Shown: piece after piece, positions 7,238-11,406 of the stretch | How positions within the stretch are numbered: position 1 is the first letter of the stretch | Layout of the letters: each line of letters begins with the position of its first letter | NCBI GenBank assembly: GCA_022792415.1 | Contig: JAAWAY010000182.1 | Location: forward strand, 1 to 11,406 | Direction: 5' to 3' | Origin: Eggerthellaceae bacterium | GTDB taxonomy: Bacteria > Actinomycetota > Coriobacteriia > Coriobacteriales > Eggerthellaceae | Length of the DNA: 11,406 nt | Program-made: the position numbers and the translations under genes | Notes under the pieces: generated by a model | Seen by the model: the letters and a program-made list of their open reading frames with translations, nothing else | Database searches by the model: none | Told to the model about the DNA's origin: nothing

Positions 7238-7400
7238 CATCCAGAATCGACGGTTTGTCGCCATGCGGCCAGCATCCTAAGACGCACAGGAAGCCCAGCG
7301 CCACACAAAACGGATCGATGTCTTTCGCTGACCTGGGGTTTCATCAAGAGGCCGTGCTACAACAAAGCAGGGCGAGCGAACAAACCGTCAATTCTGGATG
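7238..7400. repeat. 20-bp inverted-repeat pair (1 mismatch) flanking a 123-bp lower-GC segment
   Basis: CATCCAGAATCGACGGTTTG lies at 7238-7257. Its reverse complement, CAAACCGTCaATTCTGGATG, lies at 7381-7400, matching 19 of 20 positions. Confidence 0.85.
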
Positions 7401-7434
7401 AAATGCGAGCAAGAACGGGATGCACGCCGTCAGG

Positions 7435-7581
7435 CACACGCGCGATGCCGGGAAGGCTAGACGCACGCGGCGCCGAAAAGATCAGTCACGTGCGATTCAG
7501 GGAAGACCGGCCACACGCGCGATATCGAAAGAATCGACCACCCGCGCGGAGTCGGGAATGCGGTCGCGCGAGACCAGGAAG
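7435..7581. repeat. Iteron-like array: six phased copies of a 16-nt motif GCGCGAnnnCGGGAAG
   Basis: Copies start at 7440, 7465, 7490, 7517, 7544 and 7566, spaced 25, 25, 27, 27 and 22 nt. The sequences are GCGCGATGCCGGGAAG, ACGCGGCGCCGAAAAG, GTGCGATTCAGGGAAG, GCGCGATATCGAAAGA, GCGCGGAGTCGGGAAT and GCGCGAGACCAGGAAG, matching the first copy at 10-13 of 16 positions. An exact 12-mer, CACACGCGCGAT, occurs at both 7435 and 7512. The period is variable and not a multiple of 3, so the array is non-coding. Confidence 0.65.
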
Positions 7582-7785
7582 TCCGAACGACGCGCCAGGA
7601 CGGCCGCCTCGAGATGCTGACCTCTGAGGCAGGGTCGTACGTCGGCCCGCCTCGCGCGGGACGCCGGATCTTCGCGCCACCGCGGGTCGGGACGTGGGAC
7701 GCGAGGAGGGGCGAACGGTAAATCGCGCCATTGCATCCAGCTATATGAAGTTCAATAGAAAAGGGCCCAACACGGGGCGAGCGGC

Positions 7786-8985
7786 CTACTCACGGGGGTG
7801 AGCGGCGACAGGCTCCCGAGGCTCGTAGGGGCGCTGCTCGCGCCAAACGGCGAGGATGGTACCGGCCAGCTTACGGGCGACCGCCGAGACGGCCACCCAG
7901 TGGTGCTTGCCGCGATCACGCAGAGCCTGGTAGTAGTCCCCGTAGTAGGGGTCAGCCCTCCTTGCGGCGTCGGCCGCGATCATGAGCGCCCGGCGCAGGT
8001 AGGGGCTGCCGCGCTTGGACATGTGGGCGCGCCTCCCCTCGAACTGCCCGGACTGGAAGCGCGAGGCGTCCATGCCAGCGTAGGCGATTACCTTGGAGGC
8101 GTCCCCGAAGGAGGAGGCGTCGCCCAACTCCGAGGCGATGGCGGCGGCGGTCACGACGCCCAGGCCCGGGACGGTGAGGAGCACGGCGGCGGAGGAAGCG
8201 GCAAGCTGCTCGGCGCAGAGCACGTCGAGTTCCGCTATGGCGCGGTCGAAGCCGTCCAGGAGGCCGAGCAGGACGCGGGCCTCGCAGGACAGGGCCTCGG
8301 AGGGGCAGCCGACCGAGGCGCGGGCGGCCCCGACGAGGGCGCAGGCCCGCTCGTGCCCGTGTCGGCCCCGGGAGGCGGTAGAGAGCAGCGCCGCCAGGGC
8401 CTCCGGGTCGGCGTCGGCCAAAAGGCACGGCGAGGGGTAGGCCGCCAGCACCGCGCGGGAGGAGGCCGACCAGAGGCCGCCCATGACGCGGGCGAACTCC
8501 GGGAAGACACGGTCAATGACGGCGGTGAGGCGGTTCTTGGCCTGGGTTCGCTGCGCCACCACCTGCGAGCGGCAGCGGGTGAGGTGGCGCAGACCCTCCG
8601 CGTCAGGCGGGAGGGCGGGGACGGGCTCCGGTCGGTAGAAGCGCCCAAACTGCGCGATGGCCACGGCGTCCACCGCGTCGGTCTTGCACTTGCGCACCGT
8701 CTCGGCGCGACGGAAGGCCGAGACGCGGGCAGGGTTCACGACAGCCACGCGCCACCCCGAGGCGGCGAGGTGTCGGGCGAGGGCCACGTGGTAGTGGCCG
8801 GTGGCCTCCAGCACGACGAGCGAGCCGGACGGCGCGGCCCCGCGGGATTGGAGCCAGGACGCGAGGGACGCGAACCCGGCGGCGTCGTTGGAGAAGGAGA
8901 AGGGAGGCCCGACGACCCCTCCCCCCTCGTCGACGGCGGCGGCAACGTGGAAGGCCTTGGCGACGTCGATGCCGACATAGAGCAT
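7786..8985 (-). CDS. IS110-family transposase / DEDD recombinase
   Basis: 399 aa. The N-terminal RuvC-like DEDD pattern is MLYVGIDVAK (D), VLEATGHYH (E) and CKTDAVDAVAIA (D, D). The C-terminal Tnp_20-type domain has TVPGLGVVTAAAIASELGD (HhH) and SGQFEGRRAHMSKRGSPYLRRAL (conserved Ser region). GGAGGGAGG lies 7 nt upstream of the ATG. Confidence 0.93.
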   Translation of the reverse strand: MLYVGIDVAKAFHVAAAVDEGGGVVGPPFSFSNDAAGFASLASWLQSRGAAPSGSLVVLEATGHYHVALARHLAASGWRVAVVNPARVSAFRRAETVRKCKTDAVDAVAIAQFGRFYRPEPVPALPPDAEGLRHLTRCRSQVVAQRTQAKNRLTAVIDRVFPEFARVMGGLWSASSRAVLAAYPSPCLLADADPEALAALLSTASRGRHGHERACALVGAARASVGCPSEALSCEARVLLGLLDGFDRAIAELDVLCAEQLAASSAAVLLTVPGLGVVTAAAIASELGDASSFGDASKVIAYAGMDASRFQSGQFEGRRAHMSKRGSPYLRRALMIAADAARRADPYYGDYYQALRDRGKHHWVAVSAVARKLAGTILAVWREQRPYEPREPVAAHPRE

Positions 8986-8995
8986 GGAGAAACCT

Positions 8996-9096
8996 CCCTC
9001 CTGCCTCCCCGCGCGCCCCGCCCCACAAGATCTTCGGTCATGCGGCCCCTGGGGCGCACCAGCCGAATACGCGGCACAGGCGGGGAGGCGGGAGGG
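8996..9096 (-). promoter_or_regulatory. Long stem-loop filling the rep-recombinase intergenic region; its 3' arm covers the recombinase Shine-Dalgarno
   Basis: A 17-nt inverted repeat with one mismatch pairs 8996-9012 (CCCTCCTGCCTCCCCGC) with 9080-9096 (GCGGGGAGGCGGGAGGG). The enclosed loop is 67 nt and contains a smaller GC hairpin around 9042-9057. On the minus-strand RNA the 3' arm GCGGGGAGGCAGGAGGG runs into the GGAGGGAGG ribosome-binding site. Confidence 0.6.
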
Positions 9097-9112
9097 CTGA
9101 CTATGTAGATGA

Positions 9113-9730
9113 CTAGACGAGGCCGGCGGCTGCCAGCTGCTCGGCCTCCCTGACCTGACGTGTGCGGGCGGCGCAGCGCCTGGAGCGTATGTACTGCGAT
9201 ATGCCGTAGGCCGACTTGCTGGACAGTATCAGCAGCCAGTCGGAGTTGTTGCGGGCCGCGTAGTTCCAGAGCGCGGCGAACTCGTTGACGTCGTTGTCCT
9301 CCACGAACGCCGTCATGTCCGCGAGCATGGACAGCTCCTCGGACTTGGAGAGCGCCCGGGAGAAATCGCACGTGATGCCGGAGAGGCGCACGACCGAGTC
9401 GACCGGGTAGGGGTGCTTGGAGGGGTCGTCGAGGTGGCAGAGGTAGCGGCACATGGTGCGGAAGCTGCGCACCGGCTCGAAGAACTCCACGCCCGTGAAC
9501 GCGAAGTCCTCGCGCACCTGGGAGAGGGCCTTCACGCTCTCGTAGCGGGCCACTACGTGGACGTGGGGCTTCACGGGCTGCCCGTCGGCGTCCACGTCGG
9601 CGTCGTGCAGGACGTAGGCGATCGGAACGTGCAGGTCGCGCATCATGCCCTCCCAGCCCTCGGGGAGGGACTCGGGGTAGCACACGAACGTCCAGCAGGG
9701 CTTGCGCTTGGAGGGGTCGTACTTCGCCAT
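9113..9730 (-). CDS. Rolling-circle replication initiator, RepB/Rep_2 (pMV158) family HUH endonuclease
   Basis: The N-terminus closely parallels pMV158 RepB: CWTFVCYPESLPEGW (compare YFTFLLYPESIPSDW), LHVPIAYVLHDAD, the HUH motif KPHVHVV, and the tyrosine motif MCRYLCHLD (compare MYLYLTH). AAGGAG lies 7 nt before the ATG. Confidence 0.88.
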   Translation of the reverse strand: MAKYDPSKRKPCWTFVCYPESLPEGWEGMMRDLHVPIAYVLHDADVDADGQPVKPHVHVVARYESVKALSQVREDFAFTGVEFFEPVRSFRTMCRYLCHLDDPSKHPYPVDSVVRLSGITCDFSRALSKSEELSMLADMTAFVEDNDVNEFAALWNYAARNNSDWLLILSSKSAYGISQYIRSRRCAARTRQVREAEQLAAAGLV

Positions 9731-9766
9731 GGGGTGCTCCTTACGTGATTAGTGAATACTGATGCA

Positions 9767-9797
9767 ATTGGGGGGCAGACGTAGCAGGCCCCCCAAT
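9767..9797 (-). promoter_or_regulatory. Candidate double-strand origin (nick-site hairpin) for the Rep protein
   Basis: A perfect 10-bp stem pairs ATTGGGGGGC with GCCCCCCAAT. On the gene-sense (minus) strand the 11-nt loop reads CTGCTACGTCT. It shares the CTACG core with the pMV158-family nick sequence TACTACG/AC, which also sits in a hairpin loop upstream of repB. The hairpin ends 36 nt upstream of the rep ATG. A second small hairpin, GCCCC-TGCCG-GGGGC, lies at 9799-9813. Confidence 0.5.
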
Positions 9798-9843
9798 CGC
9801 CCCTGCCGGGGGCAACGGCCCGGCTCCGCGCGGAAAGACGGTG

Positions 9844-10533
9844 CTATTCCGCGCTGCGCTGCGCCGGGAGCGGACGGTCGCCGCCCGGGGGCAGGGGTGC
9901 CCCCTGCCCCCGCCCCCGGGCGTCGCCCGGCACCTGCCGGAAGAGCGCACAACTGTCGTAGAGGCGACGGTAGCAGCGGCGCGGAAAGAGCCAGGAGACG
10001 CCGATGCGCTGGCCGAGGCCGTAATAGCAGCTAACCGCACAGAAGAGCCTCCCGGCAAAGGGGAGCGAGAGCAAGCGAGCGACGAGGCCGAAGCTGGCGA
10101 GGCGGCGGTGCTTCACCTCGACCTCGATGAGCGCCCGTATCTGGCGGTCTATCATGCGGTCGTGCTGGGCTATGAGCACGACGCGGTAGCCAAGCTTGCG
10201 GTGCTGGGAGAAGAACTCGATCCACGAGAGCCGGTCGCGCTGCGACCAGTCGCGGCTGTTGAACACCAGCTGCGCCTCGTCGATGACGAGCAGGATATCA
10301 TCCTCGCGCACCCTGCGCCCGCCCCAGCGGGCCCGGGCAATCTCATAGAGCCGGGGCGGCGAGAGCGCGTCGTTGGGGACGTACCTGAAGCGCTCGGCGT
10401 AGCCGCGCGTCTCCGGGTTGACGTCGAAGTTGGCGACGACGGGGGCGCGGCGCCACACGAGCGCGTCGCGTATCTCCTTGGCCGCGTGCATGGACTTGCC
10501 CGAGCCGGGCGTGCCGGAGTAGAGGTAGATCAC
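9844..10533 (-). CDS. Zot / inovirus pI-like assembly P-loop ATPase
   Basis: Walker A lies at the extreme N-terminus (MIYLYSGTPGSGKS) and Walker B is DDILLVIDEAQ, followed by FSQHRKLGYRVVLIAQ. This is the characteristic Zot-family layout. A hydrophobic segment (LVARLLSLPFAGRLFCAVSCYYGL) follows the ATPase domain. The start is GTG 10533, 6 nt after GGGAGGAGG. Confidence 0.85.
   Translation of the reverse strand: MIYLYSGTPGSGKSMHAAKEIRDALVWRRAPVVANFDVNPETRGYAERFRYVPNDALSPPRLYEIARARWGGRRVREDDILLVIDEAQLVFNSRDWSQRDRLSWIEFFSQHRKLGYRVVLIAQHDRMIDRQIRALIEVEVKHRRLASFGLVARLLSLPFAGRLFCAVSCYYGLGQRIGVSWLFPRRCYRRLYDSCALFRQVPGDARGRGQGAPLPPGGDRPLPAQRSAE
9887..9911. other. Perfect 11-bp GC hairpin inside the 3' end of the Zot-like gene
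   Basis: GGGGGCAGGGG (9887-9897) pairs with CCCCTGCCCCC (9901-9911) around a 3-nt loop. It lies in the low-complexity tail codons (RGRGQGAPLPPGG) of the ATPase ORF, about 45 nt before its stop. Confidence 0.6.
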
Positions 10534-10546
10534 AAGCGCCTCCTCC

Positions 10547-10801
10547 CTACTTGACAGAGTTTATGAAGTCCATGACCACAAGGGCGACGTTGACCGCGAT
10601 GATCGCGCCGACCCAGACGGTCAGGATGGTTATGAGGTCGCCCACCGGGATAAGCCAGTTGAGCGCGCCCAGGGCGTCGGCCACGGGCTGCGGGACGGCG
10701 AGGGGGAGCGATGCCACGTCGATGGTGGGCAGGAGGCCCAGGAGCAGCAGCACCAGCTGCAGCCCAGCGCCCGTGAGGAAGTCGATGATCTGCGTTATCA
10801 C
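10547..10801 (-). CDS. Small hydrophobic membrane protein, inovirus pVI-like position (minor coat / assembly)
   Basis: The 84-aa product starts at GTG 10801, which overlaps the upstream stop (GTGA). It reads VITQIIDFLTGAGLQLVLLLLGLLP...LITILTVWVGAIIAVNVALVVMDFINSVK, with 2-3 predicted TM helices. Its stop overlaps the ribosome-binding site of the Zot-like gene. The track ORF start at 10999 gives an Arg-rich N-terminus overlapping the upstream gene and is judged spurious. Function is assigned from position only. Confidence 0.5.
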   Translation of the reverse strand: MITQIIDFLTGAGLQLVLLLLGLLPTIDVASLPLAVPQPVADALGALNWLIPVGDLITILTVWVGAIIAVNVALVVMDFINSVK

Positions 10802-11406
10802 GTCGCACCACCCGCCCCGGTGCGGAAGATGAAGGACTTGGACGAGAGCAGGAGGCCGCACGCGAACAGCAGCCGCACCGCCCAGCCGACGACGTCCGCG
10901 AACCCCTGGTAGCCGGAGAGGTCGAGGACAAGCGACTCGCCCATCACCTCGAAGGAGACGACCGGCGCGGCGGCGTCGGCCTCGAGGAGCCCGAGGCACT
11001 GCTTGACGATGGCGGGGACGCAGAAGGGGAACACGCCCGAGAGCGCGCCGAAAACATCGGAGGTGAGGGCAGAGAGCCGCGAGAAGTCCAGGTCGCCCAG
11101 GATGGCGTCGGCCACGTCCTCGGCCAGGCCGAGGCGCAGGAGGGACTGTATCTCGCCCAACTCGTCGTAGAGGCGGTCGGGTATGGAGACATCGACGGAG
11201 GGGAGGTCGAGGGCTCCCATACGGTTATAGACCATCGCCAGAAGTTGGGCAACTGAATGCACCTCACGGGAGGAACCAGGCAGTGTTCCGCTGTAGTAGC
11301 CCGCAGACCACAAGCCTGCAAGAAGCTGCGATACCGTGTGGGAGGTGCGGGAACTGCTGGGCAGGGCGCCCTCGAAGGTGAAGCGCCCGTCGGTGACGAG
11401 CATGGC
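10798..11406 (-). CDS. Hypothetical phage structural protein with C-terminal membrane anchor (pIII-like position); possibly 5'-truncated by window edge
   Basis: The reading frame is open to the window end, with an ATG at 11403. A C-terminal hydrophobic segment (VVGWAVRLLFACGLLLSS) is followed by a short tail. The gene lies immediately upstream of, and overlaps, the pVI-like ORF. No recognisable catalytic motif is present. Confidence 0.45.
   Translation of the reverse strand, partial: AMLVTDGRFTFEGALPSSSRTSHTVSQLLAGLWSAGYYSGTLPGSSREVHSVAQLLAMVYNRMGALDLPSVDVSIPDRLYDELGEIQSLLRLGLAEDVADAILGDLDFSRLSALTSDVFGALSGVFPFCVPAIVKQCLGLLEADAAAPVVSFEVMGESLVLDLSGYQGFADVVGWAVRLLFACGLLLSSKSFIFRTGAGGAT

Larger units (their letters stand above)
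7238..11406 (-). mobile_element. Integrated inovirus-like element (partial; continues beyond 11406) ending in an IS110-family recombinase module
   Basis: Phage morphogenesis genes, an HUH Rep and a DEDD recombinase are co-oriented and tightly packed or overlapping. They abut core metabolic genes across a repeat-rich, lower-GC non-coding zone. The left junction cannot be placed from one copy; it lies somewhere between about 7190 and 7785. Confidence 0.5.

Noticed and set aside
5907-7280. 457-aa plus-strand ORF, and the 5' extension of the sirtuin ORF to 7139
   Set aside because: The plus ORF is antisense to the Sir2 gene and then runs through the polypyrimidine tract (a Pro/Ser-rich translation). 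The sirtuin extension through the purine tract gives GRGEGRKGGRGRGG-type junk. A good ribosome-binding site plus ATG exists at 6842.
7230-7420. tRNA or tmRNA gene as the prophage attachment site
   Set aside because: GTCGATTCTGG-like strings in the inverted-repeat arms superficially resemble a T-loop. However, no complementary T-stem, acceptor stem or CCA context can be built on either strand.
7403-7736. Small ORFs in the junction zone (7403..7627 +, 7420..7620 +, 7486..7731 -, 7497..7736 -, 7105..7347 -)
   Set aside because: None has a Shine-Dalgarno sequence, and the products are Arg-rich. Their apparent internal peptide repeats simply reflect the 22-27-nt DNA motif array, whose period is not constant or divisible by 3.
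7171-9010. Similar pyrimidine strings CCTCCCTGCCTCCC (7171-7184) and CCTCCTGCCTCCC (8997-9009) as possible direct repeats bounding a roughly 1.8-kb IS
   Set aside because: The strings share only an exact 10-mer plus an indel. Dozens of 10-mer matches are expected by chance in 11 kb of biased composition. IS110-family insertion also does not create long target duplications.
7798-9683. ORFs 7798..9108 + (436 aa) and 8736..9683 - (315 aa) overlapping the recombinase and rep genes
   Set aside because: The first is antisense to, and the second out of frame with, motif-complete genes. Both translations are Gly/Arg low-complexity.
9731-9770. Sigma-70-type promoter for rep in the AT-richer stretch (TTGCAT ... 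on the minus strand)
   Set aside because: A TTGCAT -35-like hexamer is present, but no acceptable -10 lies at 16-19 nt spacing before the ribosome-binding site. I cannot support a promoter call from sequence alone.
9841-10554. 237-aa plus-strand ORF antisense to the Zot-like gene
   Set aside because: The minus-strand frame carries Walker A and B motifs and a strong ribosome-binding site, whereas the plus-frame product has no recognisable features.

Overview
This is a very GC-rich segment (about 70% by eye, not computed) with actinobacterial-type, possibly Coriobacteriia-like, proteins; the taxon call is low confidence. It has three parts.

(1) 1-7050 holds ordinary core genes. These are a class-I PLP aminotransferase with a strong terminator, a phosphate module (Na/Pi cotransporter, OmpR/PhoB-type response regulator, overlapping histidine kinase), and a convergent, translationally coupled Sir2 deacylase / PAP2 phosphatase pair.

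(2) About 7060-7785 is a roughly 700-bp non-coding junction zone that is unusually structured. It contains a 125-nt polypyrimidine tract, a 20-bp inverted-repeat pair flanking 123 bp, and six phased copies of a 16-nt motif.

(3) 7786-11406, all on the minus strand, is the end of an integrated filamentous-phage (inovirus)-like element. The order is a pIII-like gene (truncated by the window), a pVI-like small membrane protein, a Zot/pI-type assembly ATPase, an intergenic region with hairpins, a pMV158 RepB-family (HUH) rolling-circle initiator, and an IS110-family DEDD recombinase.

The points most worth follow-up:
- The IS110-type, potentially RNA-guided, recombinase may act as the phage integration module.
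- A candidate nick-site hairpin lies just upstream of rep.
- The repeat-rich non-coding DNA flanking the recombinase may encode its guide RNA or hold binding or inversion sites.

Many long ORFs in the track are alternative-frame artefacts of the high GC content. All family calls come from motifs read by eye; no searches were run.
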